Assembly (NCBI GenBank): GCA_963703285.1
Contig: OY969807.1
Location: 896,001 to 960,000, forward strand
DNA: 64,000 nucleotides
Direction of reading: 5' to 3'
Source of the DNA: an uncultured Nitrososphaerota archaeon
GTDB lineage: Archaea; Thermoproteota; Nitrososphaeria; Nitrososphaerales; Gagatemarchaeaceae
This document shows, one piece after another, positions 48,870-57,666 of this stretch. The position numbers and the translations under genes are program-made. The notes under the pieces are model-generated. The model made no database searches, was not told the origin of the DNA, and saw nothing but the letters and a program-made list of their open reading frames with translations. The first letter of the stretch is position 1. Every line of letters begins with the position of its first letter.

Positions 48870-49529
48870 TCAGCGCCTGGGTGCCCTGCGCGGCTTCCCC
48901 ACGTGGTCCGCCACGATCTTGCCCTCCGCCCGCCGCAGGACTTCGTCCAGGGTGGATGGGGAGATGCCCAGCTTCTGGGAGACGTCCTTCAGGCTTGTCT
49001 CGCGCGGGAAGCGGTAGTATCCATCCTCCTCGGCCAAGCCGATGGCCCGCTCCTGCTCATAGGTCAGAGAACGACTCCCTGTCTGCTTCCCGACCTCCGT
49101 GACCGTCGCGGCTATACCGTCACGTTTGAGCTCGGCCATGAAGCTCTTGACTGAGATCTTGCCGGGGAAGACCACCTGCCATCTGGTCGCTTTGTCTTCT
49201 CCCGGGACGGCGACCATGGCGCAGTTCGTGCAGAAGCCCATCATCGACGATAGCGCCCTGCACACGGGGGAGGTCTTTGTGACTATTATCCCCGATGCCC
49301 TGTGCTTATCGAACACGGTGAAGCTGGTGTAGAGTATGTTAGGCTCGGCGCTTATGAGCCTGAGCACGTCCTTCACCGAGACGTGGCTCGTGATCTCTAT
49401 GAGCTCTATCATCCCCTTGCGACCATATGGGCGACAATCGACCATCTTGATGACAGCATTGGTTTTGCTCAGGACGGACGCAGCCCATTTGTCTACCTCG
49501 TCCTCAGCCTCGATCGTGACTTCTTTCAA
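48870..49529 (-). CDS. HTH-10 (bacterio-opsin activator-type) transcriptional regulator
   Basis: LT..Q..A...GYY.FPRE.SL..VS..LGIS.ST..EVLRRAE.KI. Confidence 0.9.
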   Translation of the reverse strand: MKEVTIEAEDEVDKWAASVLSKTNAVIKMVDCRPYGRKGMIELIEITSHVSVKDVLRLISAEPNILYTSFTVFDKHRASGIIVTKTSPVCRALSSMMGFCTNCAMVAVPGEDKATRWQVVFPGKISVKSFMAELKRDGIAATVTEVGKQTGSRSLTYEQERAIGLAEEDGYYRFPRETSLKDVSQKLGISPSTLDEVLRRAEGKIVADHVGKPRRAPRR

Positions 49530-49850
49530 GCGAGGGACCCACCAACCCCCTTCCCACTGGCCTTACTAACGTTCGCGCACACGCGGACACCGCCGTTGTG
49601 GTGATTCGACTTGCTCAATGAGGGTCCGGGGCCTGTTGAGAGGGTGGTGTCGGGAATCGTATAAAAACCCATCCCCAACAGATTGGGGGTCGTTCTTGCC
49701 GGACCGCAGAATGATTCCTGGATGAACTGCCCGCGAAGCGCCGAGCAGGTGCGGCCCCAGGGTATCTCCGGCCATCGGCAGAGGGTCGTGGTTCTCGGGG
49801 CACGAGGGGAAGAACAAGGAGGGACGCTAACCCCAGCAGAGTACCCCTTT

Positions 49851-50264
49851 TTACACTATGGACAGGTAACCCTTCCCTACGTCGACGGTGAGCTTGAAGT
49901 TCTTCAGGAATGACCGTCCGAGCACGAAGTCGAACGTGATGTGGCGAGGGTGCTCAAGCTCGAGGACGACGGCGTCCACGTTCCTCGCAACGAGGGGCCC
50001 TAGGGACACCCTGTTGAGGAAGACGTGGATTCCTCTGTCTATACCACGCATGCTCGTGAACCTGGTCACAAACTGCGGACGTGCCCTCTCCTCTTCCGGG
50101 TGCTTGTTTGCCGCCTCGGGGTAACCGAGGTCTATGGCATCCTGGTTGATTATGGTGCAGTATGGCGAGTTGAAGTCGAAGACACAGCTGAGCTCCCTTA
50201 CCGCGCCCCTCTCCCCCTCCACCCGGGCGCTCACAAGCATGGGGTCTTTTAGGGCGAACTTCAA
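49851..50264 (-). CDS. Retropepsin-like aspartic protease, degenerate (DFNS instead of DTGA)
   Basis: VFDFNSPYCTI, LGYPEAAN, FDFVLGRSFL; paralog of the next gene. Confidence 0.75.
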   Translation of the reverse strand: MKFALKDPMLVSARVEGERGAVRELSCVFDFNSPYCTIINQDAIDLGYPEAANKHPEEERARPQFVTRFTSMRGIDRGIHVFLNRVSLGPLVARNVDAVVLELEHPRHITFDFVLGRSFLKNFKLTVDVGKGYLSIV

Positions 50265-50653
50265 TGGCCGGCACCGCTCTTTGACATTTCCATCTTCACT
50301 TGACCACCGCCGTAGTCTATCTCCAGCTTCATAAACTGTAAGAGGCTCCGTCCGAGCACGACGTCAAATCCTGCCACTTGGGGCGTGTCGAACGCGAGGA
50401 ACTCGACCTTGCGAAACGTCGTCTTCCCGACCTCGACCTGCGCCATCTCTATCAGCGCAGCTTTCGCGTAGCCATCATAGCTCACGATGGTCGTCGTGTT
50501 GTCGGCCGGTGCAACGGGGTCATCGTTAGCAGCCTCCTGATAGCCCAGGGCGTAGGCGTCCACTTTCGGGATGATGCAGTATTCGGCGCCCGTGTCCACA
50601 AGGGCGTTGTATTCCCTGACGATGGAGGTTCTGCCTTTAAGCCTCACGAACAT
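50261..50653 (-). CDS. Retropepsin-like aspartic protease
   Basis: ALVDTGAEYCII, LGYQEAAN, FDVVLGRSLL. Confidence 0.85.
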   Translation of the reverse strand: MFVRLKGRTSIVREYNALVDTGAEYCIIPKVDAYALGYQEAANDDPVAPADNTTTIVSYDGYAKAALIEMAQVEVGKTTFRKVEFLAFDTPQVAGFDVVLGRSLLQFMKLEIDYGGGQVKMEMSKSGAGH

Positions 50654-50703
50654 GGTCGGGAGCTTCCAGACGACCTGTCCCGCCGCGGGCTCGGGCGGGG
50701 CGA

Positions 50704-50958
50704 CTACAGGAGCAGAGGATATGGCGGCTCACCAGCGAAGAGGATACAGATGTCCAGGTACTTGATCAGCTTTGGCCTGAGCATGTACCGGTCCATGTCG
50801 TCTGCAACCACCTTGCCCTTGGTGGGTTGAAAGTTCTTGTCCCTTGCGGTGACGACCATGCCCACCCATCTTCCCTTGTATCTCTCCTTGATTTCGCTGA
50901 TTGTAAGCTCCTCTGGTTCTTCTTTGCCCCTGCCTGGCGGGACCGTGGTCGAGCTCAT
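50704..50958 (-). CDS. Small DUF5678-like protein
   Basis: EIKERYKGRWV...GKVVA pattern; immediately upstream of the retropepsins. Confidence 0.65.
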   Translation of the reverse strand: MSSTTVPPGRGKEEPEELTISEIKERYKGRWVGMVVTARDKNFQPTKGKVVADDMDRYMLRPKLIKYLDICILFAGEPPYPLLL

Positions 50959-50991
50959 AGGAACCGTCCCTCCCCATGAGCTCTTGCTATT

Positions 50992-52104
50992 TCAACTTGT
51001 GCTGGCCGAGGTTGTGAACGTGGTCGGGTTGGTCGCGGTCGGGGGTTGGACACCGGGCGATGCGCTGGGAAGGCTACGAAGTGCGTTAGTGACGGCGCCC
51101 ACCAGGATGTACTGCCTGAATTTGTTGTTGCCAGACTCGTTCTGGTTGTTGCCGTTCGCCCCTACGGCCAGGTGCGTCAGAGGGCTCGAGCCATCGGTCG
51201 CGTGTGCCGCAGCCGCTCCGATGACAGACTCCGTTAGCGTCTTGCCGTTGATTGCGGACTCTACTGAACCCGCCCTGATTGGGTGGGTCGCCACGTGGCC
51301 CAAGACGACCTTGGAGCTGGAGACGGTGCTGCCGCTGAACTGCGCGACCACGGCCGCGCTAGCGAGCGGGAAGTCCACGGCAGTCCTGTCTGCGATTCTG
51401 AAGTACGACGACTCCGATCCCGAAGCCGGCGCGGGTACGTTGATCGACGTTATGATCTCGTTGTAGCGGAGGCTGTTTTCCTTGATGCGCCCGTCGACGA
51501 TGCTGACACCGGGGAGGAACTGCTCCATCGTCAGGGTGTGGGAACCACCGGGCCCCTGAACCGTCAGCGTCGCGCCGAGAGCCATGAGTGGTGCCGAGAG
51601 GTCGCCCGCGTGGACAGCGTAGCACAGGTTCCCACCGAAGAGGCTGTGGTAGTAGCGGTTGTCGCCGTTGACCGCGTAGCAGACGGTTCCTCCGTTCCTC
51701 CAGCAGTCGTAATTGTTGCGAAGGTACCAGCACCAGACCTCCTGGGAGATGTCTCCCCCGACGGTGGCCTGGTTTGCTATCTGGACCGGGTGGCCGCTCC
51801 CGGCCTGGGCTAGCGCCGGGTAGTACTGGATGACGTTTGGATCAGCCATCACCTGGCTCACGTTCGTGGTCGCGCCTATGGTCAGGCCGGAGCTCGAGTT
51901 GTAGGTCACGCCGTTGAGTCCGAGCTGTGTGATGTCGATGACGGTCGTTGGGGTGAGTAGCTCGATTTGGTTCTTCATCTGGTGGAGCAGGTCCGTCCCT
52001 CCTGCGATCACCCTTGCGCTTCCTCCGTACTGGGTCAGAAGTGAGACTGCGTTGTCGATCGAGGTCGGCTGCAGGTATCCGAATTTGTTTAGTTCGTTTC
52101 TCAT
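50992..52104 (-). CDS. Xanthine oxidase family FAD-binding subunit (PaoB/YagS-like, with Cys cluster insert)
   Basis: IAGGTDL, ATVGGD, WCWYLR..CWRNGGTVCYA..CYAVH. Confidence 0.9.
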   Translation of the reverse strand: MRNELNKFGYLQPTSIDNAVSLLTQYGGSARVIAGGTDLLHQMKNQIELLTPTTVIDITQLGLNGVTYNSSSGLTIGATTNVSQVMADPNVIQYYPALAQAGSGHPVQIANQATVGGDISQEVWCWYLRNNYDCWRNGGTVCYAVNGDNRYYHSLFGGNLCYAVHAGDLSAPLMALGATLTVQGPGGSHTLTMEQFLPGVSIVDGRIKENSLRYNEIITSINVPAPASGSESSYFRIADRTAVDFPLASAAVVAQFSGSTVSSSKVVLGHVATHPIRAGSVESAINGKTLTESVIGAAAAHATDGSSPLTHLAVGANGNNQNESGNNKFRQYILVGAVTNALRSLPSASPGVQPPTATNPTTFTTSASTS

Positions 52105-52117
52105 TTCTATTCACCAC

Positions 52118-54595
52118 CTATAGAAGGCCCTTCGACTTCATATAGTTCAGGGCGTCGACTATGTCCTCCTTCCGTGCGGGCAGTTTGGTGAACCTGTAGC
52201 CACCGAGCGCGTTGGAGAGGGCATTGAGGATCATGGGGATGACGCTCATGAGCACGTTCTCGCCGATTCCCACCGCGCCGAATGGACCGTAGGGGTCGTT
52301 GTACTCCGTCCACAATGACAGAGCGCGTTCGGGCGCCTGGTAGATGGTCGGAATCTTGTTGTCGAGGTAGTTGGGGTTGAGTGTTGCTCCTGAGTACTTC
52401 AGACCGGTCGAGGAGTCGTTCAGGCTCTGTTCGAAGAGCGCCTCACCGATTCCCAGCCCGATCATGCCACCCTGGTTCTGGCCATCGGCGCCGAGGGCGA
52501 ATATGACGCGTCCGATACCCAGGGAGCTTACGTAGTCTATGACGCGCACGTCAGCGGTCTCGGTGTCGACCTCTACCTCGCAGATTTTGGTGCCACTTAC
52601 ACGGTACGCGGTCTTCGGCGGAGGCGTGTAGTTCCCGATTCCCGTCAGTCCGGCGGTTGGTAGGAGAGCGCACGCGGCAGCGAACGTAATCTGGTTGCTC
52701 GGATTGGTCTTGTCATAGATGATTCCGGACGGCTGGCCCGTGAAGCCGCCGCCGAACGCCAGGTTGGTCGCTTTGGTCCCTGGGGCCATCTTGGGCACCA
52801 GGAGAGGGAACCACTGAGTGGCCAGGTTCGCGGCTGCGGCCACTAGTCCCATGCCTCCGTTGCGAGTCATCCTGCTGCCCGCCGTGACTCCGGTGTCCGT
52901 CGTGAGCGTGGTGTCCGAGTAGACACCCTTCAGGTTGTTCATGTTCGGTTGGCCAAGGAGCTCGGCCGCGATGATTGCCAGGGACGTGACGGTGCCCCCG
53001 CCGTGGTCCATCCCTCCGGAGTACATGGTGATTGTGCCGTTCGGAACCACGTTGATCTGGCCCGTGTCCGGCGCTGAGAGAGAGCCCTTGGATCCCGAGG
53101 TGAGTGCCATCCCCACGCCCCTAAGCTTCTTCCCCGTCCCGACCGTCTCGCCGGAGTTGGTGAGCACGTTGCTGGGCGTGGCCCATCCCTTCCACCTTCC
53201 GCTCCAGTTGAACGCCTTGGTGGCGTTGAGGTGGTCTTGGGGTTGCCCGTACCCGCTGAAGGGGTAGCCCGTGCTGTGGTCGAACGCGGTGTTGGGGTAG
53301 ACGGTTGGAGGCGAGGTGGTGTTGTCGGTGTAGGCCGCGGTCCTCATGTTCTGGAGCCTGAATTGGGATGGGTCCATGTTGTACGCCTCAGCGAGCATGT
53401 CTACGGCCGTCTCCACGAAGTAGGAGTTCTGGCTCTCGCCGACGTCCCGCATCGGGCCGGCGAGGCCGTAGGCGTCGCTGTTGGAAGAGTAGCTGACCAA
53501 GTTGACGTTGTTGACGTTGTAGATGACGTAGAACTCTCCCAAGTCGGAGTTCGCGCCTCCGTTCGCGCCCACGTTGGCGAAGACCTCGCCTTTGAACGCG
53601 GTGAGAATGCCGTTCTTGCCTGCTGCGGTGATATAAGCGCGCTCCGGGAAGCGGTTGGACGTGGCGAGAGAGTTGGTGTATCTCGTCTGGAGGAACTTCA
53701 CGACGCCTCCGGCTTTCTTCGACATCGCTGTAGCGATGATGTACTCTTCTCCGGAAGATTTGTTGCCTAGTCCGTTGCCGATTGAACCGTTCTCGAAGCC
53801 GCCGAGAGAGGTCCTCACGTTGACGTTGGCCGCGGGGACGCCGAAGTAGTTCGCGACGGTGGTCTTGATCGAGGCGGCGTACTGGGTGTTGCCCCAGACG
53901 TTGATGATTCCCTCTGAAGTCGAGGCCCACTGCGCGATCAGGCCGCGGGGCTCGATGTCCATGTGCTGGATGAACTGGGTGTCGAGCCTTACGGTGACGA
54001 TCTGGTCGGCCGCCGCTATGGCTGCGTCCGCATCGCCGAACTGCATAACCGCCGTGGACGGCTGGGCGACGCCTTCCGTCACGGACCCGCCGGGCGAGTT
54101 CCCGCCGGGCCAAATCTGTGGGGCCGTCGATTGTAACGCCTCCTCGACGTCGAAGACATAGGGGATTGGAGTGAAGTCGACCTTCACTAGGCCAATCGCG
54201 TCGTTGAGCAGGTCGGGACTGTCCGCTCCGACCGCTACGACGGGACAGCCGGAGTAACGCGCCTGCGTCGTTGGAAGCGGGCCTCTGAACCTGTTCCCGG
54301 AGGTCGAGTAGTAGGTGTAGGGCGGGAGGTATTCGTAGTCATAGCCCGTGAGGGTCGTGGCTCCGGCGGCCTCCGCAGCGCTAACGTCTATGCTATTGAT
54401 CAGGGCGTTGGGGTAGGGGCAGGTCACGTAGCCCATGTAGACGAAGCCCGTTGTTGCCGCGATGCCGACGTCCGTGGGATGGATGTCCGATGTGAACTTC
54501 TTGGTTCCTTGGATCTTGGTCAGGGTATCGCGGGCGACGACGCTGGCGTTGCCGACCAGAGCAGGACCAGAAGTCGAACTCATCGCTCTAGGCAC
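52118..54595 (-). CDS. Xanthine oxidase family molybdopterin-binding subunit
   Basis: QH..IEPRG, TQ, DHGGG, TAGSR, EVEVDTET, GPFGAVGIGE. Confidence 0.9.
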   Translation of the reverse strand: MPRAMSSTSGPALVGNASVVARDTLTKIQGTKKFTSDIHPTDVGIAATTGFVYMGYVTCPYPNALINSIDVSAAEAAGATTLTGYDYEYLPPYTYYSTSGNRFRGPLPTTQARYSGCPVVAVGADSPDLLNDAIGLVKVDFTPIPYVFDVEEALQSTAPQIWPGGNSPGGSVTEGVAQPSTAVMQFGDADAAIAAADQIVTVRLDTQFIQHMDIEPRGLIAQWASTSEGIINVWGNTQYAASIKTTVANYFGVPAANVNVRTSLGGFENGSIGNGLGNKSSGEEYIIATAMSKKAGGVVKFLQTRYTNSLATSNRFPERAYITAAGKNGILTAFKGEVFANVGANGGANSDLGEFYVIYNVNNVNLVSYSSNSDAYGLAGPMRDVGESQNSYFVETAVDMLAEAYNMDPSQFRLQNMRTAAYTDNTTSPPTVYPNTAFDHSTGYPFSGYGQPQDHLNATKAFNWSGRWKGWATPSNVLTNSGETVGTGKKLRGVGMALTSGSKGSLSAPDTGQINVVPNGTITMYSGGMDHGGGTVTSLAIIAAELLGQPNMNNLKGVYSDTTLTTDTGVTAGSRMTRNGGMGLVAAAANLATQWFPLLVPKMAPGTKATNLAFGGGFTGQPSGIIYDKTNPSNQITFAAACALLPTAGLTGIGNYTPPPKTAYRVSGTKICEVEVDTETADVRVIDYVSSLGIGRVIFALGADGQNQGGMIGLGIGEALFEQSLNDSSTGLKYSGATLNPNYLDNKIPTIYQAPERALSLWTEYNDPYGPFGAVGIGENVLMSVIPMILNALSNALGGYRFTKLPARKEDIVDALNYMKSKGLL

Positions 54596-55370
54596 CTCCT
54601 GCTAGGTTTGTAGCGGCGAGCTGTATCGCCGATATTATGTGCATATAGTTTCCACATCGACAGAGGTTCGAGCTGGTCGCCGTCTTAATTTGGCCGACCG
54701 TCGGGTTCGGGTTTGCCTTCAGGAGCGCAGTCGCAGCCATGATGAATCCGGGGCTGCAGTAGGCACACTGGCCTCCAAAATCGGTGACCCATGCCTGCTG
54801 GAGGGCGTTCACGACCGGGTCTTTGGCGTTCATCTCCGAGGTCCAGATGGTGTGGCCTACCGCCCGGATAGCCATCACTCCACAGGACTCGTGGGGGACG
54901 CCGTCGATAAGCACGGTGCACGCGCCGCACTCCATCCTGTTGCAGGGCCTCTTGGTCGCTATCAGGCCTATGGTATCGCTTATCACGTCGACGAGCATGC
55001 TCCTTGGTTCAACGTCGACCGTGTAGTTCGTGCCGTTGATGTTTAGGACGATTGTCCTGAATGCATCAGGGCTAGTCGCCAGGATCGGGGGCGATGCGCC
55101 GGCAGTGCCCGTGTTGGTCTGTATCGAGCTGGTAGAGGTCGACGCGCTCGCAGACGAGGAAGATGACTGCTCCCTGGGGGGCTTGAGCTGCATGCTCTGC
55201 AGTGAAACAGCCGAAACACCGACCACAGCAGCAGCGGTGGCGGTGCCCTTCAGCAGCGTCCTCCTGCTGACCTTCGCATTCACGACATCGGTTATCGCGC
55301 CGCTTTTTGACTCGGCCTTCTCCGCTTGCTTTGGAGAAGTGCCTTTCTTATGCTCCTTCTTGACTTTCAT
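54588..55370 (-). CDS. 2x[2Fe-2S] subunit with Tat signal (PaoA/YagT-like)
   Basis: SRRTLLK; CNRMECGACTV..C; QCAYC..NLCRC. Confidence 0.92.
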   Translation of the reverse strand: MKVKKEHKKGTSPKQAEKAESKSGAITDVVNAKVSRRTLLKGTATAAAVVGVSAVSLQSMQLKPPREQSSSSSASASTSTSSIQTNTGTAGASPPILATSPDAFRTIVLNINGTNYTVDVEPRSMLVDVISDTIGLIATKRPCNRMECGACTVLIDGVPHESCGVMAIRAVGHTIWTSEMNAKDPVVNALQQAWVTDFGGQCAYCSPGFIMAATALLKANPNPTVGQIKTATSSNLCRCGNYMHIISAIQLAATNLAGGA

Positions 55371-55478
55371 GTTGGCCGGGTGAGCTGCCCCCCCGAACTA
55401 TATCTCCGATTCCCCGAACGTATTCGGGCAACTACTTTAAAGGAGAGTAGGGGGTCGTTTTGAGGAAGGTGGGGGACT

Positions 55479-56240
55479 CTGGCGACCGATTCCGATGAAG
55501 AAAGCACGACGGTCAGGAGGACGGCGCTGGCCGAAGGCCTAGGGTTCGTCATCAACTCCTACCTGCAGACTCGAAACCTGCTCAACCCCACGGGGATGGC
55601 GGCCAACGCGCTGAGCCAGTACGGGGATCAGCTCGAGAGCAAGGAGAAGGAGAGCAAGGAGAGACAGGAGTCCGAGATGAGGGCGCTGGTCAAGGACATC
55701 CAGAATCTCAGAGCGACGTTCGAGAACGGAAGACTCGTCGTGCACATGGACAAGGTCATGGTGCTCGAGCTTGTCGAGAACAGGCTGAAGAAGTCCCTCG
55801 CCAGACAGGAGGCGGGAACGACGGCCACCTTCAAGGTCGACCTTGCGGCTGTGGCGGAGACCGACCACGACGCCGAGCTCGTCCTGCCTACGCGCAGCAT
55901 ATTCCTGAAATTCGTCCCGGACGGGGCGTCGGTCGCGGCGCTTGCGGTCTCCTACCTCGAAAGGGCCAGGAGAGCGAATCCCTCTGAGTACTGGCTGCTG
56001 ACGCCTAGCGAGGAGGAGATCGATTTTCCCTTCGAGCCCATCTTCAGCGAGAACAGGATCGCGAGGGGCCGGCTAAGAACATTCAATCTCTCCAGCCTCC
56101 TCAGGGATCTCGTTGGCAAGGATTACGAAGTCGCGGCGACTCACGAACTCGGCGGAGCATTCAGGTTCGTCATCAGCAAGAAGCCACCCACGACGCCTCA
56201 AGGCGAAGGGTTGGCGACGGCCAGTCCTTCGGGACAGTGA
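55479..56240 (+). CDS. Hypothetical protein (possible CTG start at 55479; first ATG at 55596)
   Basis: Open frame extends 39 codons upstream of the ATG to a CTG with a purine-rich element in front; no family recognised. Confidence 0.6.
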   Translation: MATDSDEESTTVRRTALAEGLGFVINSYLQTRNLLNPTGMAANALSQYGDQLESKEKESKERQESEMRALVKDIQNLRATFENGRLVVHMDKVMVLELVENRLKKSLARQEAGTTATFKVDLAAVAETDHDAELVLPTRSIFLKFVPDGASVAALAVSYLERARRANPSEYWLLTPSEEEIDFPFEPIFSENRIARGRLRTFNLSSLLRDLVGKDYEVAATHELGGAFRFVISKKPPTTPQGEGLATASPSGQ

Positions 56241-56329
56241 GAGCGGTCCTGCCCCCGTGGCTGTGGGCGGGCGCCAAAGTGGCATCACTCAAGTAGCTTC
56301 TCTTGGCACCACTCTGGCAGAAGGGAAGG

Positions 56330-56971
56330 CTACTTCGTCTCGGGGTCTGGGGGGTCAGAGACGGCCGCGAGCCTTAGAAGGTCGGCCTGCCTGTCGACGT
56401 CCAGCAAGGAGGCTTCGGAAGTCTCGACCAGCCTTATCTGCGACCTGTGCTTCGATACGACGCTCTTCAGGCCCCTAGTCTCCTCCTTGATGCGCTTGAG
56501 CTCCCCGAAGATATACTTGTCGAAGAGAATCGGGTGGCCGGAGCTTCCGTGATATCCCGCGGTGACGATGGCAGAGTAACACGTCGAGTACTCGTCGATA
56601 ACGGCATCGATCATTTCACGGTTGACCAAGGCCACATCCCCGGGGAGCACCATGACGGCGTCGGCGGATGGGTTTACCATCGAGAGGCCCTTTCGAAAAG
56701 AGAAACTCTGTCCCTTCTCGAAATCCTCGTTGAAGACTATCTCGCAGCGATAGTCTTCTAGGATACGTTTGATCTTCTCGGAATCGTGGCCCGTGACGAC
56801 GATGACTTGGCTTGCCTTCGACTTAAGGCTCTCAGAGACGACGTGCTCTATCATCGTCTTCGATCCGATCGGCTCTAGGAGCTTGTTGCGACCGAACCTC
56901 GTGGACAGTCCGGCGGCGAGTATGATTATTGCTATGAAGTCATGGATCTTATCGCTCATCTCGCGTGTCAC
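56330..56971 (-). CDS. mocA: Molybdenum cofactor cytidylyltransferase (MocA-like)
   Basis: ILAAGLSTRFGRNKLL, GQS.S, GD, GHPILF, DVD; next to the XO-family operon. Confidence 0.85.
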   Translation of the reverse strand: MTREMSDKIHDFIAIIILAAGLSTRFGRNKLLEPIGSKTMIEHVVSESLKSKASQVIVVTGHDSEKIKRILEDYRCEIVFNEDFEKGQSFSFRKGLSMVNPSADAVMVLPGDVALVNREMIDAVIDEYSTCYSAIVTAGYHGSSGHPILFDKYIFGELKRIKEETRGLKSVVSKHRSQIRLVETSEASLLDVDRQADLLRLAAVSDPPDPETK

Positions 56972-57171
56972 ACTCCGGATTGATCCGCTGTCTCCTCTGT
57001 GGCCAGTCGGCTTCGTCCTGCGGGAAACGCTCCCTGCGCTTCAGAGCCACAGTATCCTCCGCTTTGTGTCGGGTGACGAGGGTCGCCGATTGAGCTATAG
57101 TCCCTGGCCTGGTTCAAGTCGCATCCGCCCTAGCAAAGGCACTATGCGACTTGACCAAGCGCTACCTCACC

Positions 57172-57666
57172 CTAGTACTTCTTGCCCACGTAGCCGATGA
57201 CTGCGCCCCAGATGGCGAAGCAGATCGCCAGCGGGATGAGCAGCTCCAGCGAGGTGCTGAAGGGGAGGCTCGAGAGTGTCCCTGAGACCTGTGGTGCGGT
57301 GTTGAAGGTCATGTAGAGGACCAGCACGAACCAGGCGACCGCGCCGAAGGCGAGGCCCTGGTAGACGCTGTACCTCCGGAACGCGAAGGCGAAGATCAGG
57401 CCAGCTATGATGGACAGCGCCACGAACCAGGCTATGCCCGACTCTGCGAGCTGTGTCGGTGTTCCCGCAGCGCCGAAGACGGAGCCGAACCAGCTGAACC
57501 ACTGTATGGAGAAGAAGCCGTTCCACGCGGTGGAGACGGCCGTCACGAATATGACGGCGATGGACATCGCGACGGTGGCGAGGACGCCAGCCATCACTCC
57601 CATCCCTGCCTTTGCCGCTACATTCAAGCTCATCTTACTTCCGCTTGTTGTTGTCGTCATCTTCAC
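57172..57666 (-). CDS. Membrane protein co-transcribed with the cytochrome b gene
   Basis: About four TM helices; overlaps the stop of the upstream gene. Confidence 0.7.
   Translation of the reverse strand: MKMTTTTSGSKMSLNVAAKAGMGVMAGVLATVAMSIAVIFVTAVSTAWNGFFSIQWFSWFGSVFGAAGTPTQLAESGIAWFVALSIIAGLIFAFAFRRYSVYQGLAFGAVAWFVLVLYMTFNTAPQVSGTLSSLPFSTSLELLIPLAICFAIWGAVIGYVGKKY

Noticed and set aside
52118-54595. Aerobic CO dehydrogenase CoxL
   Set aside because: Lacks AYxCSFR (form I) and AYRGAGR (form II); the Tat signal and gene order fit PaoABC-like enzymes.
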